Virus record (IMG/VR): IMGVR_UViG_3300035181_000357 | Location: 62,001 to 126,000 of that record | Reading direction: 5' to 3' (one strand) | DNA: 64,000 nucleotides | In this document: piece by piece, positions 54,371 to 64,000 of the stretch | Numbering within the stretch: position 1 is the first letter of the stretch | How the letters are laid out: the number at the start of each line of letters is the position of its first letter | The notes under the pieces: model-generated | Seen by the model: only the letters and a program-made list of their open reading frames with translations | The model's database searches: none | Told to the model about the DNA's origin: nothing | Position numbers and translations under genes: made by a program

Positions 54371-55987
54371 ATGGCCACAAAATCTGTAAAGACGAGCGAT
54401 CTAGATATTTATATAACAGAAGCCTGTAAGACAGGTGCTAAAGAAGTAACAGCTAAAGTCTTAAAAGCAACTCTGTCTGGTGAACAGAATTTATCTGGGA
54501 GTAATGTAGTATATAATCCTGCCTCCAACAGTTCTGGGGCCTGGGGCCTCGCCCAGATGAAGGATCAGGCACTATTATCCTGTGGTCCTAGAGTTCTAGG
54601 GTATGGTCCTAAAGAGAATCCACCAGAACAGACCTATATGGATGCTCTTCATAAAGCTGCAGCAGAACCAAAGACTGCTATAAAGTTAATGAAAGCATAT
54701 TTAGATGCTGAGATTCCTGGTATAAAAGGATCTTTAAAAGGTGTTAAGTATGATAGTAACGATATAGGAGCTATCGTAGCTGGATCATACAATCTCGGTG
54801 CCTCAGAGAATAAAAAGGCTATCCTAGCGTCTATAGCTAATGGTAGATTTAATAAAGATGCATATTACCAAAATTACTATAACACCCTAAATCCAGCTGA
54901 TAGAAGTCAATCGAATGTTAACAGAGTTAGAAAAGCTGGAGGAGATTTACCAACCAACGTCCCTTATACAGCTAAAGCTACTAATCTCATGGAGATAGAA
55001 AAGGGGAGAGCTGCAAATTATATAGCTAATGTAGATTTTCTATCAGATACTGTGTCTAATGGTGCATTATCAGAGATGCCTTCTTTAATAATCGAAGAGG
55101 GACTAGACAGTAAACCATGGTATGATGATAGAGAGTTGACAACAGGTAATAGAAACCTTAAACTAATATCAACACCAGCCTGGTTTGAGATAAATCTAAA
55201 ACAAGATATAAAAAGTAGTAATAGGTTAAAGTATAACAATGATGTAGTTAAGGTTAAGCTTAATGTAAGTTTATCAGAAGTACAGGTCTCTCTCGCTCAT
55301 GTTATAAACAATAGACACTCTAGAACTGGATTCCATGTAACATTATGGGGGCAGGAACCAGATACTATATCTGCTTCTGGATCAACGGGTGTCTTTATGA
55401 ATTTCTTTGGTCTCGCGAACTTGATGAGTGAGGAGGGAGTTATGAATAGGTCTGAATTAGAGGATGCTTTTTTATACGATTCAGACAATAACAAAAATCC
55501 AGCAAATAAAGCAAATAAAGGTGTGTACCAGAGAACAGTATCTCTAGAAAACCAACCTCTTAGGATAGCTGCTCAGGAGGCATTTATAGAGATGTTAAGC
55601 CTGTTTAAGAATAATGGAATCACAAGATTTCACCCTGAAATAGTGAATAGAATATATCCACAGAATAAGCAGGGAAATGGTGGTGTGGTTAGTGGGGAAG
55701 CCTCTAGAACATCTGCTAAAGAACCTATGAATCCCTGGTCAAAAGCAATAGGTATGTCTTTCACCCAAGCAACCAACAGATCCAATGATGTCATGACCAG
55801 GGGATACGTAGTATTTAAGTATAAGAACAAGACGTACCTTGGATACTTTAAAGATATAAATTTTGAAATGGATTCCAATAATCCGTTCCGTTGGAATTTC
55901 AATTTCACATTTCAGGTAGAGAGATCTCTGTCTACTACATTCTTTTTACCAAACCTCAGCAGCGGGTTTGATAGTAATTTTGGATAA
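54371..55987 (+). CDS. Lytic-transglycosylase-like N-domain fused to tube-initiator/hub-like C-domain
   Basis: SGEQN, GAWGLAQM, AGSYNLG; C-terminal TYLGYF...PFRWNFNFTF. Confidence 0.65.
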   Translation: MATKSVKTSDLDIYITEACKTGAKEVTAKVLKATLSGEQNLSGSNVVYNPASNSSGAWGLAQMKDQALLSCGPRVLGYGPKENPPEQTYMDALHKAAAEPKTAIKLMKAYLDAEIPGIKGSLKGVKYDSNDIGAIVAGSYNLGASENKKAILASIANGRFNKDAYYQNYYNTLNPADRSQSNVNRVRKAGGDLPTNVPYTAKATNLMEIEKGRAANYIANVDFLSDTVSNGALSEMPSLIIEEGLDSKPWYDDRELTTGNRNLKLISTPAWFEINLKQDIKSSNRLKYNNDVVKVKLNVSLSEVQVSLAHVINNRHSRTGFHVTLWGQEPDTISASGSTGVFMNFFGLANLMSEEGVMNRSELEDAFLYDSDNNKNPANKANKGVYQRTVSLENQPLRIAAQEAFIEMLSLFKNNGITRFHPEIVNRIYPQNKQGNGGVVSGEASRTSAKEPMNPWSKAIGMSFTQATNRSNDVMTRGYVVFKYKNKTYLGYFKDINFEMDSNNPFRWNFNFTFQVERSLSTTFFLPNLSSGFDSNFG

Positions 55988-55990
55988 CTT

Positions 55991-57001
55991 ATGTTAAGCC
56001 ATGATCAAGATACCAGAAATATCATAAATTCTATGGATTCGTTGGAGAATATAAACATTCTACCAACTAGAGGAGAGAATAAAATTCTCCCACTAGCCAT
56101 AGATAAATCTGTATTTCCAACTACAATCTCAGGAGCAGCAGGAATACCTCCAGACTTTAATTTTAGAGATTCTTTAGATGAGTTAGACTTCGCCTCTTCT
56201 AAAGCAAGAATAACCCTTACAGATTATATAACCATAAAGGTTAATAATAGAAAAGCAGCAAACGGGGATCCTTTCGTCTTTAGATTTTTAATAAATCCTG
56301 AATCTCTAAATATAAACAGGTCATCAGTGGATGGGCAAACCATGACTCGAGCTGGGTGGCAATTTGGTGTCTGGGGAGAGGACTTCATAAAGATTAGTGG
56401 TAAAGGAACGACAGCTGGGCAATACTTTGCTAGAACCCTAACTGATGGATATGGGGAATACACCTTGTCTTATAGAAATCTCCTGGCGTTCATGACTCTG
56501 TTTGAGAACAATGGGTATTGGTTTGAGGGAGAAAGTCCTTTCGATAATGGTCCTCTTGCCTCTGATCTCCTGAGAAGGAGAATAAAGAAGCATTCTGATG
56601 TAGTGTTCTCAGTTGGAAATTTCATATGGAATGGGATGTTTCAAAGTTTAACTGTCTCAGATACTGCAGATACACCATATTTCAATACTTTCAGTTTCAA
56701 TTTTATAGCCTGGAAAGAGCGATATAGAGGTAGTAGTCCTTGGTTAGACAGTACAGAATCAAATCTATATCGGGGACACGCATACGAAGCAGGATATAAG
56801 AATAAGAGTATATCTGAGTCTGGTGGTAGTCAGCAAGGGAATGTATTAAACAATGCCGTAGATTCTACACCAAGTTCACTATCATCTAGTAGTAACCAAA
56901 CATCTTATGGATTATCTGGAACAGATCAAAAGATAACTCTGGGGCAACTTCAAACACCACCCCTTTTAGATATCACAAGACAACTTAATGGTGGGAAATG
57001 A
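55991..57001 (+). CDS. Tube-initiator/baseplate centre protein
   Basis: FLINPESL, WGEDFIKISGKGTT, WNGMFQSLTV...PYFNTFSFNF; paralogous to the preceding C-domain. Confidence 0.6.
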   Translation: MLSHDQDTRNIINSMDSLENINILPTRGENKILPLAIDKSVFPTTISGAAGIPPDFNFRDSLDELDFASSKARITLTDYITIKVNNRKAANGDPFVFRFLINPESLNINRSSVDGQTMTRAGWQFGVWGEDFIKISGKGTTAGQYFARTLTDGYGEYTLSYRNLLAFMTLFENNGYWFEGESPFDNGPLASDLLRRRIKKHSDVVFSVGNFIWNGMFQSLTVSDTADTPYFNTFSFNFIAWKERYRGSSPWLDSTESNLYRGHAYEAGYKNKSISESGGSQQGNVLNNAVDSTPSSLSSSSNQTSYGLSGTDQKITLGQLQTPPLLDITRQLNGGK

Positions 57002-59322
57002 CTAATATAAGAAATATATCACAAACCCATATGGAACGGGATATTGTTAAGACAGCTCCAGATATGGTTGTATATATAGATGATTATCCTTTTATAGAAA
57101 ATCCATATATAGGGGACTCTGGTACATCTGTAAACTTCAATGACTTCATAACTACAATCACAGGCCATTGTGATTGTGATTCCCTTATTCCAACAGCCAG
57201 TATTGTTCTATCAGTTCCTAATCATTTTAATTATCTGTTTCTAGCTCCTGGTGGAAACAAGATTCTGGCTACAATGTCAATAATCAAAATATTCTCGAAA
57301 GGATATTATTTTGATGATGATGGGAATACAGTGTATCACAGAGTATTCTATGGCTTAATAGATTCTGTTGGATATTCATACACTGGAACTACTCTACAAA
57401 TAACGATAGGATGTAAGGGTATAATGCGTTTGTTTGAACTTATTCAGACAAATGTGGCCCCAGGTGCAGCAAACTTCGCCGTATTAGCTGGTAAATCATA
57501 TTTAGTACCATTCAGAACTAAAGATTATGATAAATCTGCCTTAGCAATCATATATAAGAGTATATTTAGAGATCTAAATGCAGATGAGATTGCAGGAGCA
57601 CTTCCTGATGTTACTCTCCAGAGGAGTATATCAACAAACGCTTTGGATACTAGAATGACCAATAGTACACTCGTTTCTATGGTGAAGAATAGATACATCT
57701 TAAGATGGGCCCCTGTGATGTCTGAGATAAAAGCTGCCACCAGAATATTTGGTTGGGATTATGAGCTTGAGAAGAGGGATAAGAAGACAAAGGAATTATC
57801 TAATCTTCCAGATGCAAAAGAAATGGCTGAAGCATCTTTTATTCATCAAACCGATTCAGTGTCTAAATACCTACCAGATTATGCGATTGGAAATATCACG
57901 CTTCTACAATCTAAAATTGTAACAAAATTAGAGAGAATATCATCAATGTCTGGTGTGATTGGGTATGAAGCATATCAAGATCTAAATGGTAATATCATAT
58001 TTAAGCCACCTCTCTATAATCTAGATGTTACTAACACTACAGCAATAGATGAATCTAAGAATCCTTTCATTATAAATCTTGATGAGATCATAGATGAGAG
58101 TGAACAAGAAGATGAACAAGCTATCCGAGCCACGAGAGTAACTGTGAAGGGGCAACCTTGGGGTGCTCTCCTCCAAGAGAGTTATAATCAGAGTATATTA
58201 CCTGGTGTGTCGTCATACACCGATATGAATCTGTTTGCTAAATTTGGTATGAGAGAAGAACCAATCAAAGAGATATCCTGGCTAAAGGAAGACAACAGAG
58301 TCAACTATGCCTATGCCATCTCTGAAATGTTTAGAATGAATAGAGCATATAGAACCTACAGATTCTCTATTCCTATGAGACCTGAAATGAAGGTTGGGTT
58401 CCCTTGTTATATCAAACATCATGATATGTATGGGTACACAAGAAACATATCCTGGAGTTACACGGTTGGTGGAACAGCAACAATGAGCGTAACCTTGGAC
58501 TCTCTAAGAAGAAGAGTGTTGGTTCCAATAGAGGTTAAGAATTCTGATGGTACAACTGTAACTGAGTATAAGAGCATTCCAAATCTAGTATCTAAGTTCT
58601 CAAAGAAAGCTAAGAAGCCTAAAGAAAATGTATCCCCAACTGAAGCTGCGGTAGATGAGCGTGGGAAGGTCCTAGCTTATGGTACTGGTAAAGATTCTAA
58701 GAAAGTACCAGATTCTCAGGCAGAGATCGTGATAGATGATAGGAATCATAATGATTATGAGGATCTTATCGTAGTACAGACAAGAGTCCCAGATAGCGGA
58801 GAGTCCTGGCTTATTGGTGAGGATGAAGATAATTTCTTCGTACACGAGAGAAAATGTGATACTACATATCTCAAGGCTTTGAGTGACAAACAACCATTCA
58901 CTGATAATAATGGGTATGAATTATATGGGCCCTTCCCATGGGGACGTTGGGTTACACTAGAATCTGCAATAGGAATATTTACTCTATCGTTGACAGAGCA
59001 GAAGAATAACAATACTGAATCCTGGATCGTATCAGATGCTGTTAGTTTGAGTATGATACTTCTAGGTTCCTTCAATCCAGATATTGCAAATCTAAAAGGT
59101 GAAATAGCTAAGAAGACAGAAGAAGATATAAAGAAGTTATCAGGGTATAACGTAACTAAATTCACTATCAATGCTTCTAAATATGATTCGCAGGACAATA
59201 AAGATGGTCCTAAGTCACTAAATCCTGATGGTCCATCTTTCATCCCTAAAACCGAAAATAGAGATGTATATAAAGAACCATTGAATACCATTAAAAACAC
59301 ATTTATATGGCCTAAACTATGA
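56998..59322 (+). CDS. Baseplate hub protein
   Basis: YEAYQDLNGNIIFKPPLY, IPMRPEMKVGFP; position. Confidence 0.65.
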   Translation: MTNIRNISQTHMERDIVKTAPDMVVYIDDYPFIENPYIGDSGTSVNFNDFITTITGHCDCDSLIPTASIVLSVPNHFNYLFLAPGGNKILATMSIIKIFSKGYYFDDDGNTVYHRVFYGLIDSVGYSYTGTTLQITIGCKGIMRLFELIQTNVAPGAANFAVLAGKSYLVPFRTKDYDKSALAIIYKSIFRDLNADEIAGALPDVTLQRSISTNALDTRMTNSTLVSMVKNRYILRWAPVMSEIKAATRIFGWDYELEKRDKKTKELSNLPDAKEMAEASFIHQTDSVSKYLPDYAIGNITLLQSKIVTKLERISSMSGVIGYEAYQDLNGNIIFKPPLYNLDVTNTTAIDESKNPFIINLDEIIDESEQEDEQAIRATRVTVKGQPWGALLQESYNQSILPGVSSYTDMNLFAKFGMREEPIKEISWLKEDNRVNYAYAISEMFRMNRAYRTYRFSIPMRPEMKVGFPCYIKHHDMYGYTRNISWSYTVGGTATMSVTLDSLRRRVLVPIEVKNSDGTTVTEYKSIPNLVSKFSKKAKKPKENVSPTEAAVDERGKVLAYGTGKDSKKVPDSQAEIVIDDRNHNDYEDLIVVQTRVPDSGESWLIGEDEDNFFVHERKCDTTYLKALSDKQPFTDNNGYELYGPFPWGRWVTLESAIGIFTLSLTEQKNNNTESWIVSDAVSLSMILLGSFNPDIANLKGEIAKKTEEDIKKLSGYNVTKFTINASKYDSQDNKDGPKSLNPDGPSFIPKTENRDVYKEPLNTIKNTFIWPKL

Positions 59323-61571
59323 AATTCATAAATCTATCACAACGATTATCCCCCTTAGAACACACTGTAGAAGATGTTCGTTATGGTATATTTATAGGTC
59401 AAGTCGAGTTCGTAGATTATGAAAAACAGATTCTAGCTGTGCGAGATATCACTACTGGAATCTTGTATGAGAGAGTAGAAGTTCAACCTGCTTCATCCAG
59501 TTCTACAGACCATACAGATACTACTATTCCTTTAGAGGGTTCTAAATGTATCTGTTGTAATATATCTGCTACCAATGGATTTATTAAGGTTGCTGTAATA
59601 CAGTGGCTCCTAACAGCTACAAAATTAGGGTTAAATGGAATCTCATATAGAGATTCTAACAATCCTAAGGGATATAATCTCAGAAGACGTTATATCTATA
59701 GAAAGGGATACCCAGGACAACATGTAGTCAGTTTATCTGGTGGATATGCCGAATTAGAAGACTTGGGCTGGGACAGACAAGGTGAAGACCTGTCTAGAGA
59801 CCATTTAGACACATTCAGAAGAGTCAGAACCCAGACAGCAGGAACGCATTTTCAGGTAGATGAATCCGGTCTACAGATAAGTGGAGAGATTCTAAGACCA
59901 GGTTCAGACATACCTACCAAAGTTCTACCAGATGGGACATTAATTCAGTCTCTACATCTTAAAACTGGGGACAGATTCGCTGATGGTTCAGCAATGAATA
60001 TCCCTGTGGTAGAGAGACTGGAGAGGACACAGGAGTATGGTCTAGGTTATCCAGTCCCACAGGAGGTTCTAGATTCAGCAGAGTTCTTAGGAGTCCTCGG
60101 GATCAATGAAGCACCATTCGCTAAGACATCTGTAGCTAACAACCTTGATGACCAGAGTTATGTGAATAACCAGGCAGTAGATGCTCCATATGACAACGAT
60201 GAGAAACCTCTCAGACCATTTGAAAAAGATGGCGTTTCGTATAGACGAAAAGGGTTCATTGTAGAATCTGTTAAAGGAACGTTAGTAGGATATAACGCTT
60301 TCGATAAATCTACATATGGCCAAATCCTAAAACCTACGTTATTCCCACACACCCAAGCTGGTAGATTCTCAACATCTCTTGAATCTGGGTATCTACCTGT
60401 CAACAAGTCAGCCGATGAAGTAGAGTCTGTCTTAGCATCTAGTGCATTTAGTCTAAGATTCCCATACGAGTACAATACAACCAGATTCGATATCACAAAA
60501 GAGGGTATGGTCCAATTCGAAATAGGATCCACACTTCCTAAAGAGAATATCCCAATTGATTCCTCTACATATGAACACCCTCACGGTGCAGGTCGTTCTA
60601 TGGAGGGGCACTTCCTAGGTTCGGTTAAACTCGTCGTAGGAAAGAACAGAGATGAAGAAGAGTCGCTCGACATCGCGACACTAGGACAAGTAGTACTCCG
60701 CCTAGGTTCTGATGACACTAGTCTCCCACAAACACGTAGAGATGTGCATACCCAGATTAGATCAAAGATGGATTCTATTCTAGGCCGTGACCTACAATTC
60801 TGGAAGAAGCCAAAGAACGACAAGACAGGAGATGCTGGAAGCCTGGAAAATAAATCTGCGTTTGAAAAAGTTAGTCTCCGTGGTGCATTTGATGGTGGTA
60901 CTATTCTTCGTCTAGGTGCTAGAGATCCTGGAGCATTAAGAAAGCATCTCCGAAATGGTTATACTGACGCTAAGGGTGTTACAGAGTCTCCAAACGACGA
61001 GAATAGAAAAGATTCTAGAACTGATGGTCGTGTAACCTATGGATCAGGAGATAGCCTTTATGCTTTCCATGATCTGACACAGGCAGGTAAATCTAAGTAT
61101 AGTAAATCTCCATACTTCTGGTCGGATTCTCCAATAACTAATATGGACCGTCATGGTCTGTCCTTGGATGTTCATGCTGTAAGAGATATCTTACTCCGTA
61201 TTGGGAAGAATCCAGACTCTGGTCAATCCCTTGCTATCGATCTTGGTGGTGGTATGGTAGCATACCTCGGTAAAGATAAGCAAAGTAGATCGATCACAGC
61301 ATCATTAGATGGTGGTGCTGAGATAACCATCAAAGCAAACACAGATGGCCATGCTCTTCAACTAGAGATAGATGGCAATGTAAATATCTATTGTAAAGGC
61401 CATTGGCATCAGGTAGTTACAGGTGACTATTATGTAGAATCCAACAACTCAACTGCTATAACTAATATAGAACACATCGTTAAAGCTACTAATATCAGAG
61501 AATCTGCTGGTGTACAACATGTCACAGAAGCGATAGATATAGTAAATAATCAGGGATTATATAAGAGTTAA
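59319..61571 (+). CDS. Baseplate spike-like protein
   Basis: N-terminal OB-like IGQVEFVDYE...IPLEGS; C-terminal beta-helix-like repeats (IDGNVNI..KGHWHQVVTGDY). Confidence 0.55.
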   Translation: MKFINLSQRLSPLEHTVEDVRYGIFIGQVEFVDYEKQILAVRDITTGILYERVEVQPASSSSTDHTDTTIPLEGSKCICCNISATNGFIKVAVIQWLLTATKLGLNGISYRDSNNPKGYNLRRRYIYRKGYPGQHVVSLSGGYAELEDLGWDRQGEDLSRDHLDTFRRVRTQTAGTHFQVDESGLQISGEILRPGSDIPTKVLPDGTLIQSLHLKTGDRFADGSAMNIPVVERLERTQEYGLGYPVPQEVLDSAEFLGVLGINEAPFAKTSVANNLDDQSYVNNQAVDAPYDNDEKPLRPFEKDGVSYRRKGFIVESVKGTLVGYNAFDKSTYGQILKPTLFPHTQAGRFSTSLESGYLPVNKSADEVESVLASSAFSLRFPYEYNTTRFDITKEGMVQFEIGSTLPKENIPIDSSTYEHPHGAGRSMEGHFLGSVKLVVGKNRDEEESLDIATLGQVVLRLGSDDTSLPQTRRDVHTQIRSKMDSILGRDLQFWKKPKNDKTGDAGSLENKSAFEKVSLRGAFDGGTILRLGARDPGALRKHLRNGYTDAKGVTESPNDENRKDSRTDGRVTYGSGDSLYAFHDLTQAGKSKYSKSPYFWSDSPITNMDRHGLSLDVHAVRDILLRIGKNPDSGQSLAIDLGGGMVAYLGKDKQSRSITASLDGGAEITIKANTDGHALQLEIDGNVNIYCKGHWHQVVTGDYYVESNNSTAITNIEHIVKATNIRESAGVQHVTEAIDIVNNQGLYKS

Positions 61572-61573
61572 AT

Positions 61574-64000
61574 ATGGCAGATCAAATATTCCCAGTGAAA
61601 GTCCAAAAAGCTATAACCAGACTTCAACCTCCTGGTAGACCAGATATAGAGGCTACATTCCATAACTCTATGGAACAGGGGAGATTCTTAGAACGTCCTC
61701 TTGGTGACGCTATGTCTCAGTTAAAAGAGAGACAAAAAGATCTCCAAGAGAAGATTGACCAATATATGAATATGAACAAACTAGCTAATGATGGACAGTT
61801 TCCGGATTCTATTCGACCAGCCAAGTATGTTAAAGATGCTGTAGATATAGTAAAAGAAATACAGAAGTATACTCAAGAAGTTCTAAATGTAGTAAAAGCG
61901 ATAAACGAGACAATAGGAATGTATGTTTCGTTAAAGAATAATCTACAGGGTTATTTTCAAGAACGAATAAATGCACTAGCTACTCTCCTAAATGAGATAT
62001 GTAACTTCAATCTCCCATCTCTCCCATCTATTCCTAATTTCTTCGGGAACTTCACATTTGATGGGTTCAAATTCCCTAAAGGGCAGTTCACTTTTAAACT
62101 ATCTTTCGATAAGAATTTTGCGTTTGGACAATGCCGTCTTCGTGGTGGAGATATAGACATCTTCAGAAATTATCCAAAGACGATGGATTGGAATGGTATC
62201 CCATGCACTATCCCAGTCTACAGACCACCCCTTAGTGGTTATATCTATGTCAACGGGACTCCACAAAATGTTGGAACCATAAAAGATACCCCATACTATA
62301 CAGATTTTGACCCAAATACAGATTTCTATTCTGGATCAGGGTTCCCTGATCCTACTAAGATTGTTAGTGACTACCATATGGCAGTCGATCTCTATATTGA
62401 GAGGTTGGCTTCTCTAACAGAAATAATTTTCCCGATCCAGAATGTAGTAGATTCAAACTATGACCCAAATCTAATGGCTGGGTGGTTGATCTTAATCTCT
62501 AAGAACAGAAGTTTAAGACAAGGGCAGTGGCTACCTAGATTTCAAGAGTGTTATGACCAGTTTGTAGCTCCGTCTATCGCATACATAGAAACCAATGGTA
62601 TCGTCTGGAATAACAAACTAAATGGCCCTGGTCCTCGTGCTGGAGACATAAATATTCCACTGATTCCAATCTTGAAGAGTGGGAATGCTACAAGAGTAGG
62701 ACAGATACTCTGGATGTTGACGTTCCTGGAAACAGGGCTGATTGGGTATAATAGAAACAAGAATTTTGATATTTATCAGCTACAGACTGGTACAGATTTA
62801 GACTCTATGGTCAAGAACTACCTAGATCCTATAACAGGGGAGTCCACAGATTATGTACAGTACACAAGCAGCATCTCTGAGACTCTCGTTATCGCTTTAG
62901 ATTCTGGAGGCAAAGCACAGTATCCAACATCTATAGCAGTACCAAGACCACTATACAATACACTAGTATCTGTCATAACTAAGCTATCTGTTAAAATAGA
63001 TCAGGTTCCAACCTTCATAAGTCAGAGGCCAAAGTACAGATATGTGTATAGTAATTTCGGTGAACAAATAATCCTAGACAAATACTCTCAATACTGGAGG
63101 GAATTGGCTGATAACTGGAACACTCTAATAAGTTCAAATGATTATAATTCTAAATTCTTATTATCATATGAACAAGCTATTGAAGAGACGATAGATCCGC
63201 TGGGTACCAGGGTACTAGCTGCTACTATAAATCTAGATTGTGATACAAGATCCCATACCTGGACTCCAGCAACATACAAGCTACCAATTTTCATACAAGA
63301 TCCCCTAGAATTATACCCACCAACCAATGTAGTACCCAACGATGCAGCCTGGATCGGGGATGAACTTATAGAGGATAAGTATCTGTTGAGAGCGGATATT
63401 CAAGGTCTAGATCTAAATACAAAAATGACTATGATGCAGCTTAATAGAGCGTATAGTGTTCTACGCTCAAATACACAACAGATGATACAAGCGATCGATG
63501 CAACCATATCTGGAGCGAGTACGAGTTCTGTATCTGGGTTTAGTTATTCCCTTGAAACTCAGATAAATGATATACCACAGATAGGTTCAGATCTAGAATT
63601 TACAGTGATGGATTTTGATCAGAGTAACTACTATACGAATGGTGTTTCTTTCAAAATCACTAATCCAGGTGCCTACTCCTTGTCTACAAGTGTTACATTC
63701 CCAAATACAGATGTGGGAGTTAGAACTGTAACTGTGATCAAGAATGGTACTCAAATTCTAGATACAAAGCAATCCACACCAGGATCTGGTCCTGTAACAA
63801 TAGATCTTAATTTCACAGCTGATCTGCTAACAAATGATCAAATAAAAGTCAGAGTAACACATAGTTGCTTGGTACCACAAGATATTTCTGTTGCCTCATT
63901 TATAGGAACTCTGATTGGATCTGTTGGGGCAGTATCTCCAGGTCCTGGAACGACTACTACAACAGCTACTCAATTCACCATAATCACAACATCTACAATA
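61574..64000 (+). CDS. Partial baseplate/tail protein with C1q-like domain near the window end
   Basis: Not in ORF track (no stop in window). MADQIFPVKV...; near 63530-63920 LEFTVMDFDQSNYY..SFKITNPGAYSL...IKNG...NDQIKVRV. Confidence 0.6.
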   Translation, partial: MADQIFPVKVQKAITRLQPPGRPDIEATFHNSMEQGRFLERPLGDAMSQLKERQKDLQEKIDQYMNMNKLANDGQFPDSIRPAKYVKDAVDIVKEIQKYTQEVLNVVKAINETIGMYVSLKNNLQGYFQERINALATLLNEICNFNLPSLPSIPNFFGNFTFDGFKFPKGQFTFKLSFDKNFAFGQCRLRGGDIDIFRNYPKTMDWNGIPCTIPVYRPPLSGYIYVNGTPQNVGTIKDTPYYTDFDPNTDFYSGSGFPDPTKIVSDYHMAVDLYIERLASLTEIIFPIQNVVDSNYDPNLMAGWLILISKNRSLRQGQWLPRFQECYDQFVAPSIAYIETNGIVWNNKLNGPGPRAGDINIPLIPILKSGNATRVGQILWMLTFLETGLIGYNRNKNFDIYQLQTGTDLDSMVKNYLDPITGESTDYVQYTSSISETLVIALDSGGKAQYPTSIAVPRPLYNTLVSVITKLSVKIDQVPTFISQRPKYRYVYSNFGEQIILDKYSQYWRELADNWNTLISSNDYNSKFLLSYEQAIEETIDPLGTRVLAATINLDCDTRSHTWTPATYKLPIFIQDPLELYPPTNVVPNDAAWIGDELIEDKYLLRADIQGLDLNTKMTMMQLNRAYSVLRSNTQQMIQAIDATISGASTSSVSGFSYSLETQINDIPQIGSDLEFTVMDFDQSNYYTNGVSFKITNPGAYSLSTSVTFPNTDVGVRTVTVIKNGTQILDTKQSTPGSGPVTIDLNFTADLLTNDQIKVRVTHSCLVPQDISVASFIGTLIGSVGAVSPGPGTTTTTATQFTIITTSTI

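Overview
The window is a 64-kb piece of a large myovirus-like (contractile-tailed, probably jumbo) dsDNA phage genome read in the standard code. 1-48.1 kb is almost all minus strand. It holds a head module (HK97-type capsid, decoration, scaffold, protease), tail tube and a giant sheath, a 4-domain polyvalent protein with an Acb1/2H-like domain, a fibre/appendage cluster with a tandem paralog array, small early genes (one bL12-like), and a replication/nucleotide module (DnaB, DinG, beta-glucosyltransferase-like, GyrB, class II RNR). 48.4-64 kb is plus strand: holin-like gene, tail chaperones, tape measure, lytic transglycosylase/hub and baseplate genes. The most striking locus is at the strand switch (45.7-48.4 kb). 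A gene resembling a nuclease-dead TnpB has a structured 3' end followed by a 20-nt segment (46858-46877) that exactly matches a site (48246-48265) in the AT-rich, repeat-flanked divergent region upstream. A separate multi-stem RNA and an orphan gene follow. This is a candidate domesticated RNA-guided system aimed at the phage's own putative origin/promoter region. All protein calls come from manual motif recognition; no database searches were run.
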